A stretch of DNA of 64,000 bases from an uncultured Solirubrobacterales bacterium (GTDB lineage: Bacteria; Actinomycetota; Thermoleophilia; Solirubrobacterales; 70-9). The notes beneath the pieces are model-generated. The model ran no database searches, had not been told where the DNA came from, and saw only the letters and a list, made by a program, of their open reading frames with translations. Of this stretch, positions 18,806 through 31,925 are shown piece by piece (within the stretch, counting starts at the first letter, position 1; every line of letters begins with the position of its first letter). Location of the stretch: contig CAVQIX010000004.1 in assembly GCA_963712765.1 (NCBI GenBank), forward strand, positions 496,503-560,502, in the 5' to 3' direction. Both the position numbers and the translations under genes were made by a program.

Positions 18806-19996
18806 ATGCGTTCTCCACGCCCGGACATCTCTTATGCCTTCGCGCCCTCGCGTCGTCTGCTGCTGGGCGCGCTTCTCGCCCTCGCGGCGCTGACCGTGCT
18901 CGCCGCCAGCGTCTCCGCGCCGGCCCAGGATCTCCAGGGCAAGGTCAGCGAGAAGCGCCAGGCTCTCGACAGCGCCAAGGACGAGCGCGGCGTCCTCACT
19001 ACCGAGATCAGCGCCTACAGCGACAGGATCGACAAGCTCACGGGCCAGGTCGCCGCGCTCCGCAATCGCGAGGCGAAGGTGCAGGCCGAGCTCGACGAGG
19101 CCGAGGCCCGGCTCAAGACCGAGCAGGAGAACCTCCAGATCCTCCGCGAACGCCTTGAACGCTCGGTCAAGATCCTCCGCAAGCGGCTGGTTGCGATCTA
19201 CAAGAGCGAGCAGCCCGACGCGCTCACCGTCGTGCTCGAGTCCGACGGCTTCGACGCCGTGCTCGAGCAGTACGAGTACCTGGAGCGGATCCAGTCGCAG
19301 GACTCCAACATCGTCGGCCGCGTACGCGATCTGCGCGACCAGACCCGCGCGACGGTCAACCGCATCACCGAGGTGCGCGATGCGATCGCCGCCAAGCGGG
19401 CCGAGCTCGAACGGACCCGGGTCGATCTCCAGGACCGCGAGTCCCAGCTCGCCTCCGCCCGCACCGACAGCCGCCAGGCCCTCGGGGGCGTCGAGGGCCA
19501 TATCGACAAGCTCGAGGGCGACATCGCCGACCTCGAGGGCCAGATCCAGGCCCAGCTCGCAGCCGCCGCGGAGGCGCAGGCGAGCAGCGCCGAGGCGCCC
19601 GGCACCCTTCCCGCCGGCCCCGTTCGCGGCGGTTCCGGCGACATGATCTGGCCGGTCAACGGCCCGGTCGTCTCCCCCTTCGGCCAGCGCTGGGGCCGGC
19701 TCCACGCCGGCATCGATATCGCGGTCCCCTCGGGGACGCCGATCCGCGCCGTCAAGAGCGGGGTGGTGGCCCTTGCCGCCCCATACGGCGGGTACGGCAA
19801 CTACACCTGCATCAACCATGGCGGCGGGCTCTCCTCCTGCTACGCCCACCAATCGAGCTTTGCGATCACCTCTGGCAGCGTCTCGCAGGGCGACGTGATC
19901 GGCTACGTAGGCTGCACGGGAAGCTGCTTCGGAGACCACCTCCACTTCGAGATCAGGGTCGGCGGCAATCCCGTCGATCCGATGGGGTACCTGTAG
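18806..19996 (+). CDS. secreted coiled-coil + M23 (LytM) peptidoglycan metalloendopeptidase, EnvC/PcsB-like architecture
   Basis: Signal peptide (LLLGALLALAALTVLAASVSAPA). ~230 aa of heptad-like coiled coil. M23 motifs HAGIDIAVPSGTPI and GDHLHFEI. Confidence 0.9.
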   Translation: MRSPRPDISYAFAPSRRLLLGALLALAALTVLAASVSAPAQDLQGKVSEKRQALDSAKDERGVLTTEISAYSDRIDKLTGQVAALRNREAKVQAELDEAEARLKTEQENLQILRERLERSVKILRKRLVAIYKSEQPDALTVVLESDGFDAVLEQYEYLERIQSQDSNIVGRVRDLRDQTRATVNRITEVRDAIAAKRAELERTRVDLQDRESQLASARTDSRQALGGVEGHIDKLEGDIADLEGQIQAQLAAAAEAQASSAEAPGTLPAGPVRGGSGDMIWPVNGPVVSPFGQRWGRLHAGIDIAVPSGTPIRAVKSGVVALAAPYGGYGNYTCINHGGGLSSCYAHQSSFAITSGSVSQGDVIGYVGCTGSCFGDHLHFEIRVGGNPVDPMGYL

Positions 19997-20049
19997 GCCT
20001 CACAGCATCCCCGGTTCTGCTCGAGCTTCCCTGAGCGGAGCTCGGGGCC

Positions 20050-20775
20050 TCAGAGCGAGCGCAACGCCCGCTCGATCCAGCGCAGCGCGACGCCCTGCAG
20101 TTCGGAGTCGTGCTGGACGGAGCGGTGGTGTCCGCCGGGGAGGACGATCAGCTTGCGCGGCTCGGCGGCCGCTGCGTAGAGGCGTTCGGACTCGAGGTAG
20201 GGAACGCGCTCGTCGCCGCGGGCGTGGAGGATGATCAGCGGCTTACCGGCGAGCTCGGCGACGGATTGGGCGAGGTCGTGCTCCCCGAGCCAGGCGTCGA
20301 GGGAGTCGGTGTCGGCCCGCATTTCGAGCTCGCCGCTTCGCAGCCCCCGTCGCAGTCCGTCGGCGGTGGCCGGGCAGATCGCGATCACCCCGCCGATCAG
20401 GTCGCTGCTCGCCGCCGCCGCGATCGCGAGGAAACCGCCCATGCTCGAGCCCCTGGCACAGATCCAACGCTGGTCGACACCCTCGCGGCGCGCCAGCATC
20501 GACGCCATCCGGCCGACGTCGCTGAGCGCGGCCGGGCTCATCTCGTCCTCGCTCGCCCCGTGACCGCGCTGGTCGTAGGTCAACGCGACCCAGCCGCTGG
20601 CCGCGCACAGGCGGGCGAAATCGGCGTGGTTCTCCTTCGCCGATCCCGCCCCATGGAGGATCAACATCGCCGGCCATGGCGGCTGGGTGTCCGGTAGCCA
20701 GAGCCAGTACGGACGTCCCTCGTGCACTCCGCGCTCGTCCGGCTGCTTCGGTGTGCGCAGGCGCATCCTCGCCAC
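20050..20775 (-). CDS. alpha/beta hydrolase (dienelactone-hydrolase/peptidase S9-like)
   Basis: 241 aa. ILHGAGSAKENH, nucleophile elbow GSSMGG, C-terminal GGHH. Confidence 0.8.
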   Translation of the reverse strand: MARMRLRTPKQPDERGVHEGRPYWLWLPDTQPPWPAMLILHGAGSAKENHADFARLCAASGWVALTYDQRGHGASEDEMSPAALSDVGRMASMLARREGVDQRWICARGSSMGGFLAIAAAASSDLIGGVIAICPATADGLRRGLRSGELEMRADTDSLDAWLGEHDLAQSVAELAGKPLIILHARGDERVPYLESERLYAAAAEPRKLIVLPGGHHRSVQHDSELQGVALRWIERALRSL

Positions 20776-20814
20776 GACGGTAGCCGACGTGGGTGCGCGA
20801 GCGCGTGAGGGCCT

Positions 20815-22152
20815 GTGAGAATGGCGGCAATGAGCGAGACCCAGACAGCGGCCGGGCCCGACGGCGACCGCCGGATTGACCCGATCGCGGCCTCGCCGGT
20901 CTACCCGGCCGGGAGCAGGATCAACGAGGCCGGCCGTCTCGAGGTCGGCGGCTGCGATGTCGCCGAGCTCGCTCGCGAGTACGGGACCCCCGCCTATATC
21001 TATTGCCCGGACGACATCAGGGCGCGAGCGCAGGCCTACATCAGCGCCTTCGCCTCACGCTGCGACGACTTCGAGGTCCTGTTCGCGAGCAAGGCGGCTC
21101 CGGTGACCGCGATCTACGCGCTCTGTCGCGACGCCGGCCTCTCCGTCGACGTCGCCTCCGGCGGCGAGCTGCACATGGCGCTCGGCGCCGGGTTCGATCC
21201 GGGCCGGATCTACATGCACGGCAACAACAAGAGCGAGGCGGAGCTCAGCTACGCCTTCGAGTCGGGCGTCGCCTGCGTGGTGCTCGATTCCCTGGATGAG
21301 ATCCACCGGGCCGACCGGCTCGCGCCGGGTCCGCAGCGAGTCCTGATCCGGCTCACGCCGGGAATCAAGCCCTCGACACACAGCTACGTCCAGACCGGCC
21401 AGCTCGACTCGAAGTTCGGCTTCGGCCTCGCGGACGGCCTCGCCGAGCGGGCGGTCGCGGCGATCCAGTCCTCGCGCAACCTGGAGCTGGTCGGGCTCCA
21501 TGCCCACATCGGGTCCCAGATCTTCGAGCTCGAGCCCTACGTCAAGGCGATCGAGGTGCTGGCCGACTTCGCGCGGGATCTGGAGCCCGAGATCATCAAC
21601 GTCGGCGGTGGGCTCGGCATCGCCTACCTGGCAAGTGACGAGCCGCCCAAGATCGAGCGCTATGTCGAGGTCAAGGTCGAGGGGATCAGGCGGCTGTTCG
21701 ACCCGTTGCCGCGAATCCTGATCGAGCCCGGCCGCTCCCTGGTGGGCAACGCGGGCCTGACCCTCTACACGGTCGGGACCGTCAAGGAGATCCCGGGCGT
21801 CCGTACCTACGTGGCCGTTGACGGCGGCATGTCCGACAACCTGCGCCCGATGCTCTACGACTCGCGCTACGAGGCACTGATCGCCAACAGGGCCGCGGCG
21901 GTACCCGACCGCGAGGCGACGATCGCCGGCATGCACTGCGAGTCCGGCGATGTGCTGGTTCGCGACGTGATGCTCGCCGACCCCGCCCCCGGCGATCTGA
22001 TTGTCACCCCCGCGACAGGAGCCTATGGTCATGCGATGGCGAACAACTACAACGGCGTCCCGCGCCCGCCGGTGGTCTTCTGCAGCGGCGGCAGCGCCGA
22101 GGTCGTCGTCCGTCGCGAGAGCTGGGAGGACCTGGTGAGTCGCGATGTCTGA
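20815..22152 (+). CDS. lysA: diaminopimelate decarboxylase
   Basis: 445 aa. YGTPAYIY, FASKAAP (PLP Lys), HAHIGSQI, EPGRSLVGNAG, CESGD, GAYGHAMANNYN. Confidence 0.95.
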   Translation: MRMAAMSETQTAAGPDGDRRIDPIAASPVYPAGSRINEAGRLEVGGCDVAELAREYGTPAYIYCPDDIRARAQAYISAFASRCDDFEVLFASKAAPVTAIYALCRDAGLSVDVASGGELHMALGAGFDPGRIYMHGNNKSEAELSYAFESGVACVVLDSLDEIHRADRLAPGPQRVLIRLTPGIKPSTHSYVQTGQLDSKFGFGLADGLAERAVAAIQSSRNLELVGLHAHIGSQIFELEPYVKAIEVLADFARDLEPEIINVGGGLGIAYLASDEPPKIERYVEVKVEGIRRLFDPLPRILIEPGRSLVGNAGLTLYTVGTVKEIPGVRTYVAVDGGMSDNLRPMLYDSRYEALIANRAAAVPDREATIAGMHCESGDVLVRDVMLADPAPGDLIVTPATGAYGHAMANNYNGVPRPPVVFCSGGSAEVVVRRESWEDLVSRDV

Positions 22153-23383
22153 GCGCGGGGAAGGGGCTGCGGCCCAGATCGGCCTGCTCGGGCGCGGAAC
22201 CGTCGGTGGTGCCTTCGCCGAGCTGCTCGCCGAGCGCGCCGGCGCGATCGAGCTGGCGGCGGGCCGGCGGGCCGAGATCTCCGGCGTGCTGCGGCGCGAG
22301 CAGGGTGACTTCGAGGGGATCCTCGCCGACTCGGATCTGATCGTCGAGCTGATCGGCGGCATCGAGCCGGCGCGCAGGTACGTGCTCGCCGCGTTGCAGG
22401 CCGGAAAGCCGGTGGTCACCGCCAACAAGCAGCTGGTCGCCCAACACGGCGATGAGCTGTTCGAGGCGGCGCGCGCATCGGGGGTCCAGCTCCGCTTCGA
22501 GGCCGCGGTCGCCGGTGCGATCCCGGTGATCCGGGTCGTCCAGGAGAGCCTCGGGGCGCTCGAGATCGAGCGGGTCTCGGGGATCGTCAACGGGACGACC
22601 AACTTCATCCTCAGCGAGATGGCCGCCTCGGGCGCCGACTACGGCGAGGCCCTCGCCCGCGCTCAGGAGCTCGGCTACGCGGAGGCCGACCCGGCCGAGG
22701 ACGTCAGCGGCGCCGATGCGGCGGCGAAGATGGCGATCCTCGCCAGGCTCGTCTTCGATACCGCGGTTGATCTCTCCGATGTCTCCTACAAAGGCATCGA
22801 GGACCTACGACCCGAGGACATCGCCTACGCGAAGGAGCTCGGGCTGACCCTGAAGCTGCTCGGCGTCGCCGAGCGCCACGAGGAGGCGATCAGCGTCCGC
22901 GTCTTCCCCTGCTTCCTGTACCGCGGGCATCCGTTGGCCCCGGTCGAGGGCGCCTTCAACGCGGTCACCGTCGAGGCGCCCTCGATCACCGAGATCACGA
23001 TGTCGGGGCCCGGGGCCGGCGGCATCGAGACCGCTTCGGCCGTGCTCGGCGACGTCGTCTCCATCCTGGCGGGTGAGGCGCCGGTCCACGCCCCGGGGGA
23101 GACGCTGGAGGTCCGACGCGATCTCGAGTCCTCCTACTACCTGCATCTGGAGGTCGCCGACCGCCCCGGCGTGCTCGCCTCGGTCGCCGACGTGCTCGGG
23201 CGCAACGGGCTTTCGGTCAAGAGCGTCGTCCAGCGCGGGCTCGGGGCGGAGGCGCGGCTGGTGATGGTCGTTCACCGCGCCCCCGAATCGCAGTTCAACC
23301 GCGCCGTCGGGGAGATCTCAGAGCTCGAATTCATGCGCTCGGCGCCGCGGGCGATCCGGGTGATCGAGAAGGAGTACCTGTAG
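22145..23383 (+). CDS. hom: homoserine dehydrogenase
   Basis: 412 aa. [53 protein letters not shown]-terminal ACT-like domain. 8-nt overlap with lysA. Confidence 0.95.
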   Translation: MSERGEGAAAQIGLLGRGTVGGAFAELLAERAGAIELAAGRRAEISGVLRREQGDFEGILADSDLIVELIGGIEPARRYVLAALQAGKPVVTANKQLVAQHGDELFEAARASGVQLRFEAAVAGAIPVIRVVQESLGALEIERVSGIVNGTTNFILSEMAASGADYGEALARAQELGYAEADPAEDVSGADAAAKMAILARLVFDTAVDLSDVSYKGIEDLRPEDIAYAKELGLTLKLLGVAERHEEAISVRVFPCFLYRGHPLAPVEGAFNAVTVEAPSITEITMSGPGAGGIETASAVLGDVVSILAGEAPVHAPGETLEVRRDLESSYYLHLEVADRPGVLASVADVLGRNGLSVKSVVQRGLGAEARLVMVVHRAPESQFNRAVGEISELEFMRSAPRAIRVIEKEYL

Positions 23384-23412
23384 GTCGTCGCCTTGATCCG
23401 CGACCGAAGCCC

Positions 23413-24453
23413 ATGCCGCAGCCGCTGATCGACCGATACCGAGACCGCCTTCCCGCTGAGCTCGGAGACACAGTCGTCTCGCTTGGGGAGGGGTCGACCC
23501 CGCTGGTTCCCGCGCCCCGCCTCAGCGAGCGGATCGGCACCGAGGCCTACATCAAGTTCGAGGGGGCGAACCCGACCGGCTCCTTCAAGGACCGGGGCAT
23601 GACGGTCGCCGTCTCACGCGCGGTCGCCTCGGGCGCCGAAGCCGTGATCTGCGCATCGACGGGGAACACGGCGGCCAGCGCCGCGGCCTACGCGGCTCGC
23701 GCCGGACTCCGCGGCGCGGTGATCGTTCCCGAGGGCAAGATCGCGATCGGCAAGCTCGCCCAGGCGTTGATCCACGGCGCCCGTGTGATCGCCCTGCGGG
23801 GCAACTTCGACGATGCCCTGCGGATCGTTCGCGAGCTCGCCGCCCACCACCCAATCGAGCTCGTCAACTCGGTCAACCCCTACCGGATCGAGGGTCAGAA
23901 GACGGCGGCCTTCGAGGTCTGCGATGAGCTCGGCGGCGCACCCGACGCGCTCGCGATCCCGGTCGGCAACGCCGGCAACGTCACCGCCTGGAGAAAGGGA
24001 TTCGACGAGTACGGGACCGCCCCGATCCTCTACGGCTTCCAGGCCGAAGGGGCAGCGCCGCTGGTGCTGGGGGAGCCGGTGGCGGCCCCCGAGACGATCG
24101 CCTCCGCAATCCGGATCGGCAATCCGGCGCGCTGGGAGGAGGCGATGGAGGCCTTCACCTCCTCGCGTGGCCGTGTCGCCGCTGTCAGCGACGAGCAGAT
24201 CCTCGATGCCTACCGTTTCGTGGCGGCTGAGGAGGGGGTCTTCTGCGAGCCTGCGTCCGCCGCGTCGGTGGCCGGCCTGCTCGTCCACGGTCTGCCCGTC
24301 ACGGAGGGGAGCTCGCCGCCGGGCAGCGTGGTCTGCGTGCTCACCGGACATGGTCTCAAGGACCCTGACACCGCGCTCGGTAAGGCGCCCGCGGTGATCG
24401 GTGCGGAGGCATCAACGGCCGCGGTCGAACGCCTTGTCTTCGACTCCGATTGA
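23413..24453 (+). CDS. thrC: threonine synthase
   Basis: 346 aa. [14 protein letters not shown] (PLP lysine), [21 protein letters not shown]. Confidence 0.95.
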   Translation: MPQPLIDRYRDRLPAELGDTVVSLGEGSTPLVPAPRLSERIGTEAYIKFEGANPTGSFKDRGMTVAVSRAVASGAEAVICASTGNTAASAAAYAARAGLRGAVIVPEGKIAIGKLAQALIHGARVIALRGNFDDALRIVRELAAHHPIELVNSVNPYRIEGQKTAAFEVCDELGGAPDALAIPVGNAGNVTAWRKGFDEYGTAPILYGFQAEGAAPLVLGEPVAAPETIASAIRIGNPARWEEAMEAFTSSRGRVAAVSDEQILDAYRFVAAEEGVFCEPASAASVAGLLVHGLPVTEGSSPPGSVVCVLTGHGLKDPDTALGKAPAVIGAEASTAAVERLVFDSD

Positions 24454-24547
24454 CCCGCTGTCCGCCGAGGGCCTAGCATTCGGGCCGCGCTCCGCAGAGG
24501 CAGATGCTCCTCTGGATCCCCCGGGAACGCACCAGGACCGGGCGACG

Positions 24548-25933
24548 ATGGTGGAGAGCGACCATGACAGCGAAGACGACACGGGGATGACGGGGAACGA
24601 TCCCAGAGCCGATTCCGGCTACGGCGGCCACGGACTCGGGAGGCCGGCCGGGCTACCGTTGCCCGCGGGCGCCGTGATCGCCGGATTCGACTCCGGGCTG
24701 CGCGTGATCGAGGTCACCGGGAGGGTGCAGGGTCGCCACGACCATCTCCTCGGCATGCCCCTCGGCGAGGCGATCGGGACCGCCGATCTGCCGGCCCTTC
24801 AGCGCGCGGCGTGGAGCGCGTTGGAGGGGCGCACAACGACCATCTCCTGCGCGCTCGAGGGGACTGCGGCTGAGCTGGTCGTCAATCTGGCTCCGCATCC
24901 CGGTCGGCCCGGATACGGGTTGGCGCTGGTCCTCGATGGACCCGAGCGCGCCGTCGGCGACAGCAGGGAGCGGGAGCGGGCCGAGGAACTGGAGCTGATC
25001 TCGACCGCGGCCCGGGAGCTGGCGCGGTCGACCCACAGCGACGAGGCCCGGGCGACGATCTGCGAAGCCGCGCAATCGGTCTGCGGAGCCGAGGTGGTCG
25101 TCCTTCTTGAGCCCGATGAGGGCGCTTTTCGCCTTCTCGCGACGGCCTCCCGGGGGCTGGACGCGAACGGCGCGGCGCTGCCGCTGAACGAGAGCTCCGG
25201 TGCGGCGATGGCTCTGCGCACAAACGTTCCGCAGTTCCTGGCCGATCCCGCGGGCGAGTCGCCGGCCGCGGCCGCCTTCCTTCGCGAGGCCGGATTGGAG
25301 TCGGTCCTCTGGCAGCCCGTCTCGCGGGGCCGCACCGTCCGGGCGGTCCTCTGCATCGGCTGGACTTCGCGGATCTCGGCTGTCCACGAGCGCGCCGCCC
25401 GCTTGCTGGAGTTCATCGCCGTCGAGGGTGCCGTGGCGATAGATCGCGGCTCGGCCTTCGGGCGGCTCGTCGCGATGGCCCGATCCGATCCGCTGACCGG
25501 CCTCGGCAACCGGCGCGCCTGGGAGGAGGAGCTGCGGCGGGAGATGGCGCGGTCCGGCCGCCAGCGGACCCCCCTTTCGGTGGCCGTACTCGACCTCGAC
25601 GAGTTCAAGACCTTCAACGATTCGCGGGGTCATCCCGCCGGGGATCGCGTGCTCGAGGAGCTCTCGAGGAGCTGGACGGCCGAGCTCAGGGCCACCGACG
25701 TGCTGGCACGCCATGGCGGCGACGAGTTCGCCCTGGCCCTCCCCATATGCGATGTGCAGACCGCCCTCCCGACCCTCAGGCGCCTGCAGGCCGCCACCCG
25801 CGGATGGGGCAGCTTCTGTGCCGGCGTGGTGCAGTGGGATGGCGAGGAGGGGTTCGATGCGCTCCTCTCCCGAGCCGACGTCGCCTTGTACCGCGCCAAG
25901 GATCAGGGTGCGGGAACGATCCTGACCGGCTGA
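24548..25933 (+). CDS. diguanylate cyclase: N-terminal sensor (PAS-like) + GAF + GGDEF
   Basis: GGDEF domain DPLTGLGNRRAWEEEL...HGGDEFALALP, with an RxxD I-site (RATD) 5 residues before GGDEF. I chose ATG 24548. The track ORF begins at 24401 inside thrC. Confidence 0.85.
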   Translation: MVESDHDSEDDTGMTGNDPRADSGYGGHGLGRPAGLPLPAGAVIAGFDSGLRVIEVTGRVQGRHDHLLGMPLGEAIGTADLPALQRAAWSALEGRTTTISCALEGTAAELVVNLAPHPGRPGYGLALVLDGPERAVGDSRERERAEELELISTAARELARSTHSDEARATICEAAQSVCGAEVVVLLEPDEGAFRLLATASRGLDANGAALPLNESSGAAMALRTNVPQFLADPAGESPAAAAFLREAGLESVLWQPVSRGRTVRAVLCIGWTSRISAVHERAARLLEFIAVEGAVAIDRGSAFGRLVAMARSDPLTGLGNRRAWEEELRREMARSGRQRTPLSVAVLDLDEFKTFNDSRGHPAGDRVLEELSRSWTAELRATDVLARHGGDEFALALPICDVQTALPTLRRLQAATRGWGSFCAGVVQWDGEEGFDALLSRADVALYRAKDQGAGTILTG

Positions 25934-26020
25934 CCAAGCCGAGGTTCCTTAAACCATCCGTCCCGGCTGCCGATAGGGGTAGAGCCAATCCGCCTCTCCG
26001 CATAGGGGGTAGTTCGAACA

Positions 26021-27826
26021 TTGGTGACGGTAGGACTGTCACTAGGGATCTCTCTGGTCGCGCTCGTGCTGGTCGCGCATGCGCTCCTGCGCTCCCGACG
26101 GCGTGAGGCGCGTTACGAGATGCTGCTCGAGAAGCTTCCCCAGACCGCAGTCGGGCTCTTCGACCGTGAGCTCCGCTTCAAGCTCGTGCGCGGACAGATC
26201 CTCGAATCGCGCGGGCTTAGCCCCTCCGACGTAGAGGGCAGGCTGCTGACCGACCTGCTCAGCCCCGGAGAGGCCGAGGTCCTTCTTCCCCCCTGCGAAC
26301 AGGCCCTGGAGGGTAGGGAGACCTCCCTCGAGTTCCCCTCGCCGGTTGACGGCACGGACCACTGGTTGCGGGTGGTCCCGATCGGCGAGCCGGGCAGGAT
26401 CAAGGGCGGGCTCGCGATCGCCCTCGACATCTCCGGCCGCCGGGAGGCCGAGCGGCGGCGGGATCTGTCGGAGACCCGTCGTCGACGAATCATCGACGCG
26501 ATCAACGAAGCCTATGTGGTGATCGATGCCGATGGCCGGGTCAGCGACTGGAACGATCGTGCGACCAAGATCTTCGGCTACTCCCGTGAGGAGGCGCTCG
26601 GGTCGCGGGCCTTCGAATTGATCGTCCCTCCGGCTGACCGCGACGACTTGTGGTGGCTGCTCGAGCGCTTCACGACCGGGGAGCGCGCCGACGGTGAGCT
26701 GGATCTCAGGCTCGAACGGACCGGCCTGCACCGGGACGGCCATACCTTCCCGATCGAGCTGGCGGCGACCACGATCCATCACGAGGGCGGGGTCACGCTG
26801 CACACCTTCATGCACGACATCACCCGGCGCCGCCGCGATCGCCAGGCGCTCGAGGCGCATGCCGCCGACCTTGAGGCGCTGGCCGACGCCACCGCCGAGC
26901 TCGCCCGTAGCACCACCGCGCAGCAGGCGCGGGAGGCGATCTGTGTGGCGGCGAGCAAGATCGCCTGGTCTGAGGTTGCGCTCCTGCTGGAGCCAACGAT
27001 CGACGGCAAGGGCCTCCATCTGACCGCGGCACATGGCGTCAGCGGTGAGGATCTCGGTGCGAGGGTGCTGCCCTTCAACGGTCAGCCCTCGGGCGCGGTG
27101 CGGGCTTTCTTGACGCGCCAGCCGGCCTTCTCGCCGGAGAAGGAGGACGATCCCCGGGTTCTGCAGTCGATCGTGGAGTGGAGCCACACCCGCTCGGCGC
27201 TCTGGGTCCCGGTGGAGATCGACGAGACAGCGATCGGTGTCGTCGCTGTCGCTTGGCGCGAGCCGGTCACCGAGATCTCCGATCGTCTGCGCCGGACGAT
27301 CCAGCTGACCGCTGCCGAGGCGGCAGTGGCTATCGAGCGCTCGCGGCTGCTCGAGCGTCTCGAACGCATGGCCCGGACCGACGAGCTCACCGGGTTGCCG
27401 AACCGTCGCGCCTGGGACGCGGAGCTCGCGCGCGAGATGTCGCGCGCCGACCGGCGTCAGCGCGCCCTGAGCGTGGCGATGATCGATCTTGACTTCTTCA
27501 AGGACTACAACGACAGCCGCGGCCATCAGGCAGGAGACCGGCTGCTCAAGGAGGCCGCCGTCGCCTGGCGCTCGGCTCTCCGCGACAGCGATCTGCTGAC
27601 TCGCTATGGAGGGGAGGAGTTCGCGATCGCGCTCCCGGACTGCGTCCGCGCCGAGGCGCTCGGGCTGATCGAGCGGCTTCGGGGGGTCACCCCGCAGGGC
27701 GAGTCCTGCTCGGCGGGAATTGCCACCTGGGATGGTCACGAGAGCGCGGCCGAGCTGGTCGGTCGGGCGGATGCGGCCCTCTACGAAGCCAAGCAGGCCG
27801 GGCGGGACCGCTCGATCGGTCACTGA
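26021..27826 (+). CDS. membrane-anchored diguanylate cyclase: TM + 2 PAS + GAF + GGDEF (GGEEF)
   Basis: 601 aa, TTG/GTG start. N-terminal TM (LSLGISLVALVLVAHALL). PAS (IIDAINEAYVVIDADGRVSDWN). DELTGLPNRRAWDAEL...YGGEEFAIALP with I-site RDSD. Confidence 0.9.
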   Translation: MVTVGLSLGISLVALVLVAHALLRSRRREARYEMLLEKLPQTAVGLFDRELRFKLVRGQILESRGLSPSDVEGRLLTDLLSPGEAEVLLPPCEQALEGRETSLEFPSPVDGTDHWLRVVPIGEPGRIKGGLAIALDISGRREAERRRDLSETRRRRIIDAINEAYVVIDADGRVSDWNDRATKIFGYSREEALGSRAFELIVPPADRDDLWWLLERFTTGERADGELDLRLERTGLHRDGHTFPIELAATTIHHEGGVTLHTFMHDITRRRRDRQALEAHAADLEALADATAELARSTTAQQAREAICVAASKIAWSEVALLLEPTIDGKGLHLTAAHGVSGEDLGARVLPFNGQPSGAVRAFLTRQPAFSPEKEDDPRVLQSIVEWSHTRSALWVPVEIDETAIGVVAVAWREPVTEISDRLRRTIQLTAAEAAVAIERSRLLERLERMARTDELTGLPNRRAWDAELAREMSRADRRQRALSVAMIDLDFFKDYNDSRGHQAGDRLLKEAAVAWRSALRDSDLLTRYGGEEFAIALPDCVRAEALGLIERLRGVTPQGESCSAGIATWDGHESAAELVGRADAALYEAKQAGRDRSIGH

Positions 27827-27900
27827 ACCGGCTCGATCCCGCCACAGATCGGGGACGCCCGGCCTCCCAACCGTGACCCGCTCGGCGTCAGGATCGAGCC

Positions 27901-28560
27901 GTGCGCCCGCCTTCCGTTGACCAGATACGAGAGCTGATCGAGGCCGGGGCGGCGTCGCCCCGGTGCCTGGCCTGCCGGAGACTGAGCGGTCGCGGCCACG
28001 ACCAGCGGCTCTGTTCCCGATGCCGGCAGGCGCTCGCCACACCGGCGGAACCCGACAAGATCGCCGGTATCGATCGGGCCTCGGCGGTAACTCCCTACGC
28101 GGGGGCGGCGATCGGGCTCGTCGCAGCGCTGAAGGCGGGGGCGATACCGGCGGCCGCGGAGACCGCCGCCGAGCTCTGCGCCGAGCGGATCGCGATCCCG
28201 GAGCCAGGCACCGAGCTCGTTCCGGTCCCGGCGAGCCGGTGGCGGATGCTCCGGCGCGGCGACGATCCGGCCTTGGCGCTTACCCGAGCGCTCGCATCCC
28301 GTCTCGGCTGCCCCGTCCGTGACGTTCTCGCGCGCCGCGACATGCGCCGGCAGCGGGGTCGCCCGCGCCATCTCCGGCTGGCGGATCCACCGCGTGTGGT
28401 GGCCGTCGGTCCCGCGCCCGGGCGGGCGTTGCTGATCGATGACGTGACCACGACCGGGGCGACCCTGAGCGCGTGCTCGGCGGCGCTCCGCGGGGCGGGC
28501 TCGTGGTCGGTCGAGGCCCTGACTCTGGCGGCCGCGCAGCCTCCGGATCGAGCCCCTTGA
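27901..28560 (+). CDS. ComF family protein (phosphoribosyltransferase fold)
   Basis: 219 aa. N-terminal CxxC...CxxC zinc ribbon (CLACRR..CSRCRQ). PRPP loop LLIDDVTTTGATL. Confidence 0.85.
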   Translation: MRPPSVDQIRELIEAGAASPRCLACRRLSGRGHDQRLCSRCRQALATPAEPDKIAGIDRASAVTPYAGAAIGLVAALKAGAIPAAAETAAELCAERIAIPEPGTELVPVPASRWRMLRRGDDPALALTRALASRLGCPVRDVLARRDMRRQRGRPRHLRLADPPRVVAVGPAPGRALLIDDVTTTGATLSACSAALRGAGSWSVEALTLAAAQPPDRAP

Positions 28561-28618
28561 CCCAACGCCCCCGGGGCGTAGGATGCGACCAGCTGCACAA
28601 GCGACTGAGGAGGAGCTG

Positions 28619-28993
28619 GTGAAGATCGAGGTGGTCGGGCGCAACGTCGAGGTGACCAACGACTTCCGGGAGCAGATCCACAAACGGTTCGTGAGGACGG
28701 CGCGGCAGGTATCGGAGCACGCCCGCCTCGAGGTCGTTCTCCGCGAGGAGGCGAACCCGGCGATCACCGAGAGCCGGGTTGCCGAGGCGACGCTGTATCT
28801 GAAGGGCAAGACCCTCCACGCGAAGGAGTCCTCGCCGCGGATGCTGACAGCGATCCGGGCGCTCTCCGACGACATCCAGCGACAGGTCAAGCGCCATCGC
28901 GAGCTTCGCCGCAGGCGCTCGCGGACCCGGCGGCCGGTCAGCCAGATGCGCCAGGCGCCGGAGAGCCCCGGGGCGCCGCCGCCGGCGGTCTGA
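28619..28993 (+). CDS. hpf: ribosome hibernation promoting factor (HPF/RaiA, short form)
   Basis: VKIEVVGRNVEVTNDFREQIHKRF... is typical of HPF. GTG 28619 sits 6 nt after GAGGAGG. An in-frame ATG at 28583 is the track start. Confidence 0.85.
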   Translation: MKIEVVGRNVEVTNDFREQIHKRFVRTARQVSEHARLEVVLREEANPAITESRVAEATLYLKGKTLHAKESSPRMLTAIRALSDDIQRQVKRHRELRRRRSRTRRPVSQMRQAPESPGAPPPAV

Positions 28994-29057
28994 CGGAATC
29001 CCCGCCCGCGTTGCGGGGGAGTCGCAACCCATGCCGGGCCCTTAGTACGCTGAACCC

Positions 29058-31925
<2,868 letters not shown>

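Noticed and set aside
26042-28042. 666-aa minus-strand ORF. Similar cases are 29775..31607 (antisense to secA), 56540..58417 (antisense to ftsEX) and 4693..6606 on plus (antisense to the enolase-like gene, overlapping terC out of frame).
   Set aside because: All lie opposite genes with unambiguous conserved motifs and have shadow-type composition.
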